From Candidatus Kaiserbacteria bacterium (GTDB lineage: Bacteria; Patescibacteriota; Minisyncoccia; Phycocordibacterales; JABAAK01), in contig JAPPJI010000021.1 in assembly GCA_028820405.1 (NCBI GenBank), positions 2,770 to 66,769 on the forward strand: a stretch of 64,000 nt of DNA, in the 5' to 3' direction. A program made the translations under genes and the position numbers. The number at the start of each line of letters is the position of its first letter. The first letter of the stretch is position 1. The notes under the pieces were generated by a model. That model was not told the origin of the DNA, made no database searches, and saw only the letters and a list, made by a program, of their open reading frames with translations. Shown here piece by piece: positions 29,639 to 39,354 of the stretch.

Positions 29639-29667
29639 ATCGTACCAACCCGCACGCAGTCCGTCAA
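29639..29667 (-). promoter_or_regulatory. Sigma-70 promoter for rpoBC
   Basis: TTGACG-17 nt-TACGAT upstream of a ~75-nt leader. Confidence 0.65.
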
Positions 29668-30692
29668 GATGCTGTCGTGGATATCACGGCGGCATCAATC
29701 AGCAGGTATTCGAGCGGGAGGGTCTTGACCGGTGACCCGGGGATGGCAAGTGATGCCGCAATGAGGCTTTTGAGCAGCTGACACGATACCGCCCCCTGAT
29801 CGGCAACCTCCTGAATACACACCCGATCTTCATCGGTATACTCGTCCAGCACGTCAGTAATGCCGGACTGAACCAGGAGGGCGGCACGGATTTTTCGTAT
29901 ACAGAGCCTCGCAAACAGCGTCATGTCAACACTGTCCTTCGCCGCCGCAGCGACAGCGTGTATACCGCCTTGCACATCCTGCTTTGTCAGTGCCCGCACG
30001 TAGTCATTCACGAGACGATGTTTCGGTGCCCCGAGAATTGTTTCAACCGTATCGTGCGACACATTCTTTCCGTCAACTGTGAAGAGGATCTTTTGTATAA
30101 CGGTCACCATGTCACGAAATGACCCGTCCGCCATGAGGGCGATGAGGGCGGCAGACTGTTCTTCAAGGACGTACCCTTCTTTCCCGGCAAGTGCCAGTGC
30201 ACCCTCTTGCAAGAGAGCGAGAGACGGCTGTCGAAATGACAGCGGAATGCATCGGGAAACAATGGTGTCGGGCACTTTGTCAGATTCTGTCGTCACGAGA
30301 ATGAAGATGGCATACGCCGGCGGCTCCTCAAGTGTTTTGAGAAATGCATTAAACGCCGCCTTGGAGAGCATGTGCACTTCATCAAGAATGTACACCTTGT
30401 ACGAAGACTCAACCGGCTGCGTGTATACCGAAGCGGTCAGTTCACGAATGTGCTCAACGCTTGTGTGTGACGCCGCATCAATCTCAAACACGTCAATCGG
30501 TGCACAGTCAAGACGGGTTGCAAAGATACGTGCCGCACTGGTCTTTCCGATACCGCGCGGACCGGTCAGAAGGTAGGCATGAGCCGGCTCACCGTTCTCA
30601 ACCGCCTTCTCAAGCACGGAGACAACCTGCGGCTGTCCGGCAATATCATCAAATGTTGCCGGACGGTGTTTTTGGTAGAGGGATTGCTTCAT
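29664..30692 (-). CDS. dnaX: DNA polymerase III gamma/tau subunit (short form)
   Basis: LYQKHRP, GPRGIGKTS, EIDAAS, LDEVHMLS, TIVSRC. Confidence 0.96.
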   Translation of the reverse strand: MKQSLYQKHRPATFDDIAGQPQVVSVLEKAVENGEPAHAYLLTGPRGIGKTSAARIFATRLDCAPIDVFEIDAASHTSVEHIRELTASVYTQPVESSYKVYILDEVHMLSKAAFNAFLKTLEEPPAYAIFILVTTESDKVPDTIVSRCIPLSFRQPSLALLQEGALALAGKEGYVLEEQSAALIALMADGSFRDMVTVIQKILFTVDGKNVSHDTVETILGAPKHRLVNDYVRALTKQDVQGGIHAVAAAAKDSVDMTLFARLCIRKIRAALLVQSGITDVLDEYTDEDRVCIQEVADQGAVSCQLLKSLIAASLAIPGSPVKTLPLEYLLIDAAVISTTAS

Positions 30693-30720
30693 GGACACTG
30701 AGAGTCGTTGCAAGTATACC

Positions 30721-31683
30721 TCATGACCGTGAGGAGAGAAATGATCGGGCAATTCGGACAGCATGCCCGGCATGCTCCGTCTCCATCAGAGCAATCCTCA
30801 GATCTTTTGCACCGGGAAATCCCTGTGCATATGCTTTGTAGTGTTTTCGCATAATGGCGAAATGTTTCCGGGGCAGGAGCGAAGAGAACAGGTTCGTGTG
30901 CTCAATGAGTGCGTTAATCTTTTGCTCAACCGACACCGTGTCAACGGATGCATTAAAGAACCACGGGTTGCCGAACGCACCGCGACCGACCATGATGCCG
31001 TCGCACCCGGTTTCGTGCACTCGCCGCAACCCGTCTTGTAAAGAAACGACATCTCCGTTGCCAATAACCAACGTCTCGGGTGCCGTCGCATCCCGCAGTG
31101 CAACGATGCGCTGCATGAGGTCCCACCGCGCAGGTACCTTTGAGAGGTCATTCCTGGTCCGAAGGTGCACCGAGAGGGCTTCAATACCTGCAAGGAGGAG
31201 CGTGCGAATCCATGTGTCAATTTCTTCCTGCCGATACCCGAGCCGTGTCTTTACTGAAACCGGCAAACCGGTTTTTTTCGCGGCAGCAATCAGTGACACC
31301 GCCCGGTCAGGGTCCCGCATCAGTGCGGCACCGCACCCCTGTTTCTCAACACTTCGATCGGGACATCCCATATTGATATCGAGACCGTCAAATCCCATAT
31401 CCCGCACCAGCACACCCGCCTCGTACATATGATCAGGATTACTCGTGAAGAGCTGTGCGACAATCGGTCGCTGATTGTCCTCAAAGAGGAGGTCAACAGC
31501 AAGTGCTTCCCGACCGGGCGAGAGGAGACCGTCCGCTGAAACAAATTCCGTCCAGAGTACGTCCGGTTTTCCGTACGTCGCAAACATGGTCCGAAACGCG
31601 ACATCAGTCACATCAGCCATCGGAGCGAGTGAGAAAAATGGTTTCGGCACCGTTTTCCAAAATGATCTACTGCTGTTTTTCAT
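30721..31683 (-). CDS. dus: tRNA-dihydrouridine synthase
   Basis: LAPMADVTD, DINMGCP, VSVKTRLG, IGNGDV, GRGAFGNPWFF. Confidence 0.95.
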   Translation of the reverse strand: MKNSSRSFWKTVPKPFFSLAPMADVTDVAFRTMFATYGKPDVLWTEFVSADGLLSPGREALAVDLLFEDNQRPIVAQLFTSNPDHMYEAGVLVRDMGFDGLDINMGCPDRSVEKQGCGAALMRDPDRAVSLIAAAKKTGLPVSVKTRLGYRQEEIDTWIRTLLLAGIEALSVHLRTRNDLSKVPARWDLMQRIVALRDATAPETLVIGNGDVVSLQDGLRRVHETGCDGIMVGRGAFGNPWFFNASVDTVSVEQKINALIEHTNLFSSLLPRKHFAIMRKHYKAYAQGFPGAKDLRIALMETEHAGHAVRIARSFLSSRS

Positions 31684-32491
31684 ACAGAATACTGAGCGGA
31701 TTGCGGACATCGACAGAGACAACCCCCTGTCGACGCGGATGAGAAAAAACTTCTCTAAAGACGACGTAGAGGGCGCGGGTCGTGTCATACAGCGATTCAC
31801 TCGCATCAATAACAACGCCGATACCGCCGGCAAGCCGGATGCGAACGACCCTGCTGTCACGCTTGAGTGCAACCTCATCGACAGCAACATCGATGCTATC
31901 AAGGAACTGCACCGTTCCGACCACCTTGCTGAAATCAGCCTTCTCATCACCGCTTTTGCCGAACAGAGTTTCCCCGACCCGTATGTCACCGTCAATTGTA
32001 ATCGCCGTTCCGGCCGGCAGCGTTGTTTGATCAAAAACAATTCCGTACGGATCAATCAGATAGCAGTCACCGCGAGAACAGACCGTCCCGAATGTCGTTC
32101 GTCCGGATGAGGTAATGACCCAGCGGTTGAAAAATTTGCGGGTAATGGTGACGGATCCGATGCCGGGAAACCGCTCTGCAACCATTGCTGCAACTTCATC
32201 TCGTTTGAAAAAATAGCGCGTTGACCCTTTCACCCCGTATGCGTACCCCTCCAGCAAATCCGTTACAAAAGAGAACACTTCAGAACGAAGATCCTGATCT
32301 GTCAGCGTGCGGTCATCAATATGCACTGAATTGACCGAGATAACCGGCAGATGCACCGTTCCCCAGAGCACTGCAACGGAGAGAAAAAACCAACCGGCAC
32401 CGCGAAGAGCAGTGACAACAAGCCGGCGGTTCTCGTGCCGCGAGAACCAGAGTCGTGTCTTTGTTGCCGCATTCTTTCTCCTCACACGCAC
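31667..32491 (-). CDS. FtsQ/DivIB-like membrane protein
   Basis: Basic N-tail, one TM, POTRA-like segment, CYLIDPYGIVF, C-terminal VDVRNP. Confidence 0.6.
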   Translation of the reverse strand: MRVRRKNAATKTRLWFSRHENRRLVVTALRGAGWFFLSVAVLWGTVHLPVISVNSVHIDDRTLTDQDLRSEVFSFVTDLLEGYAYGVKGSTRYFFKRDEVAAMVAERFPGIGSVTITRKFFNRWVITSSGRTTFGTVCSRGDCYLIDPYGIVFDQTTLPAGTAITIDGDIRVGETLFGKSGDEKADFSKVVGTVQFLDSIDVAVDEVALKRDSRVVRIRLAGGIGVVIDASESLYDTTRALYVVFREVFSHPRRQGVVSVDVRNPLSILYEKQQ

Positions 32492-33759
32492 TCCTGATTG
32501 CCGAGGTACGGACGCAGCACTTCAGGAACGGTAACAGACCCGTCACTTCGCTGGTTGTTCTCAATGATCGCAATGAGGGTCCGTCCCATTGCAAAGACGG
32601 TCGCATCATTCATATGCACAAACTCTTTTTTTCCCCCCTCCCGCTTCACCCGTATCCCCAACCGACGTGCCTGGTATGCACCCATGAGGTCAGCTGAGTG
32701 GGTTTCCCGATACGTGTTCTGTCCCGGCATCCATGTTTCAATATCAATCTGCCGAACATCCGGCTTCCCCATGTCCCCGGTACATACCATCACAACCTGA
32801 TACGGCAAATTCAGCTGTTGCATGAGGTGCTCTTGCAGTGCAACGAGAAAGTCCTGCTCAGCACGGGACCGTTCGCCGACGGTAAACGATTCAAATTCCA
32901 ACTTATCAAACTGATGCTGACGAAGGATACCCTTCGTATCTTTACCGTATGACCCTGCTTCACGACGAAACGCCGTTGAGTACCCGACGTACCGAATCGG
33001 CAGTGCATCCTCTTCAAATACCTCCCCCGCGTGCATTGCCCCGAGTGTGTGCTCTGCACTCCCGGCCAGAAAAAGATTGTCTTCTTGCAAATAGTACTTA
33101 TCCTCCTTCGGATCGAGGCGTGCCATGCCGAACAGCATCTCAGGAGTGATCATCACCGGAGGGAGCACCGGCACAAACGGTTTTGACGGAACGTTGATCT
33201 CATGCTGCTTTGCGACCTCCGTGAGCACGGTCTCGTTCGACACGGTGTCAAACACCCACTGCACGAGTGCGACCTGCAGGCGAACGATACCGCCTTTGAG
33301 ATAGGTGAAGCGGGAGCCGGCAACGTTTGCGGCACGCTCACTGTCGATAAAGTCACGTTCCGCACCGATGTCCCAATGTGCCTTCACCTTAAAATCAAAC
33401 GTCGGTTTCTCGCCCCATTGCCGGATAACAACATTGTCATCTTCACTCGCACCCACCGGAACATCCGGTGACGGAATATTCGGAACCTTCGCGAGCAGAT
33501 CCGTGAGTTCCTTCGTCACCTCACGAACTGCTTCTTCCGCTTCCGCCGCTTTCTTTTTCAAATCAGATCCCGTTGCATCGTCACGTGACGCAGCCGCCTC
33601 TTTCCGCTCCCGATTTATCTCACCGAGATCTTTGATGAGCCCGACCCGCTTTACATGTAACGCCTGCAACGCGTCAATATCAACCGGATCCCCCTTTTTG
33701 TTCTGCACTGCGGCAATGACCAGGTCACGATTTTCCAAAATAAACCCGATGTCAAGCAT
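32482..33759 (-). CDS. serS: Serine--tRNA ligase
   Basis: MLDI, GSRF, AFRREAGSYGKDTKGILRQHQFDKLE, YRETHS, IENNQ. Confidence 0.98.
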   Translation of the reverse strand: MLDIGFILENRDLVIAAVQNKKGDPVDIDALQALHVKRVGLIKDLGEINRERKEAAASRDDATGSDLKKKAAEAEEAVREVTKELTDLLAKVPNIPSPDVPVGASEDDNVVIRQWGEKPTFDFKVKAHWDIGAERDFIDSERAANVAGSRFTYLKGGIVRLQVALVQWVFDTVSNETVLTEVAKQHEINVPSKPFVPVLPPVMITPEMLFGMARLDPKEDKYYLQEDNLFLAGSAEHTLGAMHAGEVFEEDALPIRYVGYSTAFRREAGSYGKDTKGILRQHQFDKLEFESFTVGERSRAEQDFLVALQEHLMQQLNLPYQVVMVCTGDMGKPDVRQIDIETWMPGQNTYRETHSADLMGAYQARRLGIRVKREGGKKEFVHMNDATVFAMGRTLIAIIENNQRSDGSVTVPEVLRPYLGNQECV

Positions 33760-33918
33760 ATCCCCACTATACCACGACAACCCCCCTGTTTTTATGAAAA
33801 AACGGCACCGTGATACCGTTGCACAGCACTTGCAAGACCGCTGAGCACAATCGTTACACAAACAAGGATGAGAATGACACCTATCGTTTTGCCCATTGCT
33901 CTGCAGTATACCGCGGCA

Positions 33919-34587
33919 CTACAACTCCTTTGTCAAACCGAGCATCGCAGCGACGTCTTCTCCGGAACGGACAACCTGTGCACCCCGGGCAATGAGACTG
34001 TTCGTCCCCGCACCGGTTGCGGAAAAGATATCATGCGGCACCGCCCCGAGCTCCCGGTTGTATTCAACTGCAAGGTGAGCCGTTATCTGCGTGCCTGCAC
34101 GCTCTGCACATTCAACGGCAACAACTGCACTTGAGATGCCGACGATAATACGGTTTCTTGCAGGGAATGCCGACTTCGTCGCCGGCGTGTCCGGTGAAAG
34201 TTCTGAGAGGAGCGTGCCTCCTGCCGCAAGCATTCGCTCTGTGAGTGCACGGTTCCGTTTCGGATACAGAACGGTATCAGCAAGACCGGATCCGGGAATT
34301 GCAATGGTCGGAATATCTGCTTGCAGGGCCGCCTCGTGCGCAACCGTATCAAGACCGATGGCGAGACCGGAGACGATCGTCACCCGGTACGGCGTGAGAC
34401 CGGAGACAATGTGTTCACAAACCCGCTTTCCGTACGGAGAGTGCACCCTTGCACCGACAACGGCAATCAGATGGCGGGACCAGTCCGGCTCTCTGCCCCG
34501 GAGGTACAGCTGCTGTGGCGGATGCGGAATCTCTCGCAGCGGCAGCGGATACGCATGCCTCGGTATCGTCTGAATCGGATGTTCCAT
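33919..34587 (-). CDS. dprA: DNA-protecting protein DprA (core domain only)
   Basis: AVVGAR, IVSGLAIGLD, FPARNRII, GTNSLIARGA. Confidence 0.93.
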   Translation of the reverse strand: MEHPIQTIPRHAYPLPLREIPHPPQQLYLRGREPDWSRHLIAVVGARVHSPYGKRVCEHIVSGLTPYRVTIVSGLAIGLDTVAHEAALQADIPTIAIPGSGLADTVLYPKRNRALTERMLAAGGTLLSELSPDTPATKSAFPARNRIIVGISSAVVAVECAERAGTQITAHLAVEYNRELGAVPHDIFSATGAGTNSLIARGAQVVRSGEDVAAMLGLTKEL

Positions 34588-34588
34588 G

Positions 34589-34659
34589 TCGGACTGCCGG
34601 GAATCGAACCCGGACCACACGCACCCCATGCGTGCACACTACCACTATGCTACAGTCCG
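34589..34659 (-). tRNA. tRNA-Pro(GGG)
   Basis: Acceptor CGGACTG/CAGTCCG-A, anticodon arm CACGC-ATGGGGT-GCGTG, T loop TTCGATT; CCA not encoded. Confidence 0.92.
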
Positions 34660-34718
34660 ATACATGGTCAGTATACCGATACGAACAGGACAACACATGG
34701 TATCTTGAGGATATAGGT

Positions 34719-36359
34719 ATGGTTCCAAAAAGAAAAGGTCATGAAATGCGGGGGCTCGGCAAGCAAGAACAGAAACTGCTCAAAGAACACGAGGATCGAA
34801 TATCCCTCAAACAGGGGCCTGAGAACTTACGCTTGCAGTGGGAGTGCGAAGTTAACGGTGAACGGTTAGCACTGAAGAGAGGGTGGCACTACAAGGTACT
34901 CGGCGGAAATCTCGTTGAGCGACAGAGTAAAAAAGATTCGTGGAAGCTGGTGCTTCCGTCTGACACTGACACCCGCTTCATCAAAACGTTTACCAAAGAA
35001 ATCGAATCATCTGCTCATCCTGACAAAGACGAGGTCCACAATGCCTGGAGCGAGACGGATCATGTCATAGAAGAAGCATTGGAAGGCATGTCGGAAGATG
35101 ATACTGAACAGAGAGAGAATCTGTCATTTCAGCGAGAGGTGATACTCAAACACGCTAATGCACTGTTGGGAATCGGTGACACGAAAACACCGATTCAAAT
35201 CGAAAACAAAAGTCGTGAAGAAGATCCTGATCTGCTGCAGCACGTTGACAACCATCACTACGAATACGCATTCAACCGGTGGCGCCTGGTGCACGATGAA
35301 AAGGAATCGGAGGGAAAGGTCACGGAAGAAGCGTATATCAAAGCGGCACAGGAAGATATTGATTGGGTGCTCGAAAATCTGGTGATACAGTCAGACATCA
35401 ATGGCGTGTCACTTGATGAAGAAGCACGGCTTGACACAAGAGACACAAGAACAGGGCAAACCGCAGCCCTCAGACAGACGAACCAGGAAATGGATGACGG
35501 GGAATTTCAAGAACGCAGGAAAAAGTACGACGAAGGAAAAACAGAGAAAGACCGGGTCAATAAGCAGTATGCTGAGATGTCTGAGATATACTTTCCCCTC
35601 CTCTTTCAGAAGGCAAAGGCATGGCTTCCCAACTGCCCCTTCTCCCTTGTGCGGTCAACCCCTTTGGATGATGTCGATAATAAAACTGACTTTCTTGTTA
35701 TTGATCAGAAACACGGTGATGTTGTTGCCCGTATTGACGCAAATGTCCGTGATCAGGAGACGGGCGGCGCAACCGTTGCACTTGCAGAACTCGTTGTCAG
35801 CGGACCAAAACAGGAAGCACTGGACATCATCAATCAAACCGGCAACGCAAATTTTTCTAACAAGGGAAAAGATACTTTCCATCTCGTCGGCGGACTTGCA
35901 CGGGACGGAGACGATGAGGACGGTGTATTTTCCTTTGCTTCATACGAAAATCTGAGCGTCCCTGCTATCGGTCTTTCAATTGATCAAAAAAGATTGTTGG
36001 GAAACATTGTCAACATGAGAAAATCGGGGGAGAATCTCGACATTCAAGAGAAAGGAGCTTTCTTGGAAATTGTCAATCAACTTAAAAGTGAGTCGAATCG
36101 GGTACTGCGAAGAAAAAAGAGGTATCAGGATGAATCGGGGGGGGTCGGGTCAGTCAAAGAACGATCGAGGGCGATCGAGAATGATGCCGCTTTCGTAGAT
36201 CGGCTGGAGCGTTTCGGAACATTCATGAGGCTGGCAGTGAATACCGCCTCCAAAAAAATAGACGAAGAAAAAGAAGCGAAAGCACTCGGGCATCACGAGC
36301 GATCGTTCCAACGGTATAGGACACCGGAAGAGCGGCAGCGGGAAGGACAACGGCGTTAA
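34719..36359 (+). CDS. Hypothetical charged protein with a possible PD-(D/E)xK-like core
   Basis: Long ORF; STPLDDVDNKTDFLVID..VARIDAN. Confidence 0.6.
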   Translation: MVPKRKGHEMRGLGKQEQKLLKEHEDRISLKQGPENLRLQWECEVNGERLALKRGWHYKVLGGNLVERQSKKDSWKLVLPSDTDTRFIKTFTKEIESSAHPDKDEVHNAWSETDHVIEEALEGMSEDDTEQRENLSFQREVILKHANALLGIGDTKTPIQIENKSREEDPDLLQHVDNHHYEYAFNRWRLVHDEKESEGKVTEEAYIKAAQEDIDWVLENLVIQSDINGVSLDEEARLDTRDTRTGQTAALRQTNQEMDDGEFQERRKKYDEGKTEKDRVNKQYAEMSEIYFPLLFQKAKAWLPNCPFSLVRSTPLDDVDNKTDFLVIDQKHGDVVARIDANVRDQETGGATVALAELVVSGPKQEALDIINQTGNANFSNKGKDTFHLVGGLARDGDDEDGVFSFASYENLSVPAIGLSIDQKRLLGNIVNMRKSGENLDIQEKGAFLEIVNQLKSESNRVLRRKKRYQDESGGVGSVKERSRAIENDAAFVDRLERFGTFMRLAVNTASKKIDEEKEAKALGHHERSFQRYRTPEERQREGQRR

Positions 36360-36718
36360 CGATGCCGCTTCACCAAATCACGAAGGTACGGAGAAATATT
36401 TTTCACTGACGACCGACGCAGCCGACCCCGCCCTGTTTTGAGAGCTTGGTATTGACGCTTTGCCTTCTCTGCCGGAGCGGTCAGCGGATCGATGAGGTCT
36501 TTTTCAACGGTCTCCTCTCCCCGGCGAAACACCGTCGATGCACGTCTCCCCGCCTGACTCACTCGTTTCACCATTGCTATTGCAACGCGATCAAGGTAGC
36601 CGCGCATGCCTGACATAAGCCGCTTTCCGGATCGAGCTTCAACGGCAACGATACTCACATACAGGAGGCTGACCAGTGCCGTGGTGAGAAAAGAATATGC
36701 AACAGTCTCAGGACTCAT
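36356..36718 (-). CDS. Hypothetical single-TM protein
   Basis: N-terminal TM; TATACT 6 nt before ATG. Confidence 0.65.
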   Translation of the reverse strand: MSPETVAYSFLTTALVSLLYVSIVAVEARSGKRLMSGMRGYLDRVAIAMVKRVSQAGRRASTVFRRGEETVEKDLIDPLTAPAEKAKRQYQALKTGRGRLRRSSVKNISPYLRDLVKRHR

Positions 36719-36748
36719 GTACGCAGTATACCCTCCTGAGCAATAGGG

Positions 36749-37330
36749 CTACACACTCCAGACATCAAACCGACCGACCTCAATTCGTTCGCCAAACTTT
36801 TGTACCATCTCATCGACAACATTTTTCACCGACCTGCTGTCGTCAAGAATGAATGACTGCTCAAGCAGTACTGCTTCCTGTAGTTTTGTATCAATCTTTC
36901 CTTCAATGATCTTCTCCTGCACTTCTTTCGGCTTATCCGCATCAACATCAGACTGAAGCTCCTCCCGCATCGTTGCAAGTACCTCTTCAGGCACCCGTTC
37001 TCTCGATACATACTGCGGCTGAAATGCCGTGCAGTGCATTGCGAGATCCTGGGCAAGCTTGATAAATGTTTCATTGCGGGCGACAAAATCCGTTTCGCAC
37101 AGGAGCTCAAGCATCGCACCAACCTGATTTGTCGTGTGGATGTAGGATTGCACGACACCTGACCCGAGGTCCCTATCTGCCTTTTTCTCAGCGGCAAGTG
37201 CACCACGCTCACGAAGTAAGTCCTGTGCCTTGTCCATGTCACCGCCGGCCTCTTCCAATGCCTCTTTACACTTGGTGATTGAGTGACCGGTCACGTCACG
37301 AAGTTTTTTGATGAGTGCAATGTCTGTCAT
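36749..37330 (-). CDS. tsf: Elongation factor Ts (short form)
   Basis: IKKLRDVTG..CKEAL, LCETDFVARN. Confidence 0.97.
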   Translation of the reverse strand: MTDIALIKKLRDVTGHSITKCKEALEEAGGDMDKAQDLLRERGALAAEKKADRDLGSGVVQSYIHTTNQVGAMLELLCETDFVARNETFIKLAQDLAMHCTAFQPQYVSRERVPEEVLATMREELQSDVDADKPKEVQEKIIEGKIDTKLQEAVLLEQSFILDDSRSVKNVVDEMVQKFGERIEVGRFDVWSV

Positions 37331-37331
37331 A

Positions 37332-38021
37332 CTACCCCTCCTTTCCTTTGGTATACGCTTCCTTCACCAGCCCAAGAAGATATGCAACTGCCTCACGTGA
37401 ATAAATATTCATCGGCACCGGGTACTGAGCAGCCCGAAGATCTGCATTCGCATTTGAAAAACCAATGACCGGAATCTTTGATCGTATCGCCTCACTCACC
37501 GCGATTTTCTCACGCTTGGTGTCAAAGACAATAAGTGCTGCGGGTCGCTCGGTCATTGAAGCAATACCGGAAAACTTTCCCTGCAGCTTTCCAAGTTCCC
37601 GTGTCATGAGCACCTTCTCTTTCTTGGTGTAGTGGGTCCATCGACCCTCTTCCCGCTCCTTGACAAGTTTTTCCATCCTCTCAACCCGACTACGAACATT
37701 TTTGAAATTTGAAATGGTACCGCCAACCCATCGATTTACCATATACGGCTGCGAAAGCTCTTCCGCAGTTTTCTGCACCATGTCGGCGGTCTCCCGCCGG
37801 GTTGAAACAAAAAAGAGTGATCCTTCCTTCTTTGCAACCGCTTCAATAAAGGTGAGTGCCTTGGTGAGCATCTCAACTGTTTTTTCTAAATCAAAACAGA
37901 GACCGCCGCTCGCTTTCTGCCGGACAATAGCCTGCATAGACGGATGACGATACCGCTTTGTCAGGGCATACTGCCCGCCAACTTTTTCCATTTCCTGCAC
38001 TATATCCCGTGCTGACTGCAT
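37332..38021 (-). CDS. rpsB: 30S ribosomal protein S2
   Basis: HPSM, RWVGGTISNF, EKIAVSEA; upstream of tsf. Confidence 0.93.
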   Translation of the reverse strand: MQSARDIVQEMEKVGGQYALTKRYRHPSMQAIVRQKASGGLCFDLEKTVEMLTKALTFIEAVAKKEGSLFFVSTRRETADMVQKTAEELSQPYMVNRWVGGTISNFKNVRSRVERMEKLVKEREEGRWTHYTKKEKVLMTRELGKLQGKFSGIASMTERPAALIVFDTKREKIAVSEAIRSKIPVIGFSNANADLRAAQYPVPMNIYSREAVAYLLGLVKEAYTKGKEG

Positions 38022-38034
38022 GCCCTCCATACTA

Positions 38035-39012
38035 TCACATCGCTGTCTCATCAGGCAACGTACGCTGTTCCTCCTCATATGCTTCCTGCAACGCCTTGAC
38101 AATACCGGCAATATCACCGCCCAGAATCTTTTCAATACCCGACCAGCTCTTTTGTATGCGATGATCCGTTACCCGATCTTGTAAGACATTGTACGTTCGT
38201 ATCTTCTCAGATCGATCAGCCCGACCGATCTGGGATCGGCGGAGTGAGTCATACGCCTGATCTTCCTGCTCCTGCCGCAATTGCTCCACCTTCGACTCAA
38301 GAATTTCCATTGCCCGTTCCCGATTCTTGACCTGTGTTCGCTCCTCAGTGCAACGCACCTCAATACCGGTCGGCACGTGCACGAGGTGTACTGCGGACTC
38401 AACTTTATTCACGTTCTGACCGCCCGCACCGCCGGAGCGGGAAAATTTCATCGTTATGTCACTCGAATCGATGGTACTAACCCGCTTTTTTCGAATCGGC
38501 AATACAGCGACAGAAGCGGTCGAGGTATGAATACGACCGGATTTTTCTGTTGCCGGCACCCGCTGCACCCGATGCACCCCGGTCTCAAAGCGAAAAGTGT
38601 CGTACGCACCGGATCCGCGAATCCGTACAACGATTTCCTTGTATCCGTCGATGTCATTCCGTGCAATAGAGACCGGAGCGAAAGAGCAGTCAATGGTTCC
38701 CGCGTACTTCTCATACATGTCAGCGAGGTCCCGTGCAAAAATGGACGCCTCATCACCGCCGGCACCGGCACGAATCTCCAGCACAATCTCGTTTGCCCCC
38801 TTTCCTTCAGGTGAACCTTCATCGGTAATGGTTTGCATCTGCTGTAAAAGAGCCGCCATACTCTTTTCAAGATCCTCCTTCTCCTTTGCAACGAGATCGT
38901 CCATCCCGTCACCGGAGAGGTCCTGCAGTGAATCACGTTCGCGACAGAGTCGGTCATACTCCTTTGCAAGGTACGCAGTACGCGGATCTGTACGATACGG
39001 TTCTATATCCAT
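38035..39012 (-). CDS. prfA: Peptide chain release factor 1 (short N-domain)
   Basis: [23 protein letters not shown] (PxT), GAGGQNVNK. Confidence 0.96.
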   Translation of the reverse strand: MDIEPYRTDPRTAYLAKEYDRLCRERDSLQDLSGDGMDDLVAKEKEDLEKSMAALLQQMQTITDEGSPEGKGANEIVLEIRAGAGGDEASIFARDLADMYEKYAGTIDCSFAPVSIARNDIDGYKEIVVRIRGSGAYDTFRFETGVHRVQRVPATEKSGRIHTSTASVAVLPIRKKRVSTIDSSDITMKFSRSGGAGGQNVNKVESAVHLVHVPTGIEVRCTEERTQVKNRERAMEILESKVEQLRQEQEDQAYDSLRRSQIGRADRSEKIRTYNVLQDRVTDHRIQKSWSGIEKILGGDIAGIVKALQEAYEEEQRTLPDETAM

Positions 39013-39036
39013 ACGTGTAGCAGGCAGCAACGCCAG

Positions 39037-39309
39037 TTACTGCCCATCCCCGCCCTTCTTTGCGGATGCACGCTTGCTTGCCCGTGTGCGAAACTTTTCA
39101 ACCCTGCCGGCAGTGTCAACGATGTTCTCCTCACCGGTGTAGAACGGATGGCTTGCCGAACTGATCTCAACGGGGATAACGTAGTACTCGACACCATCAA
39201 CCGTCTCCTTCTGTTCAGAGACCGCGGTTGACTCGCCAAAGAAATCCGCACCCACACCAGTGTCGCGAAAGATGACCGGATGCATTGGTGGATGAATATC
39301 CTTTTTCAT
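39037..39309 (-). CDS. rpmE2: 50S ribosomal protein L31 type B
   Basis: MKKDIHP, VEISSASHPFYTG, DTAGRVEKF; no Cys. Confidence 0.95.
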   Translation of the reverse strand: MKKDIHPPMHPVIFRDTGVGADFFGESTAVSEQKETVDGVEYYVIPVEISSASHPFYTGEENIVDTAGRVEKFRTRASKRASAKKGGDGQ

Positions 39310-39354
39310 AGTATTGGTAGTATATAGAGTGAGCACGATTAGGACAAGAAACGA

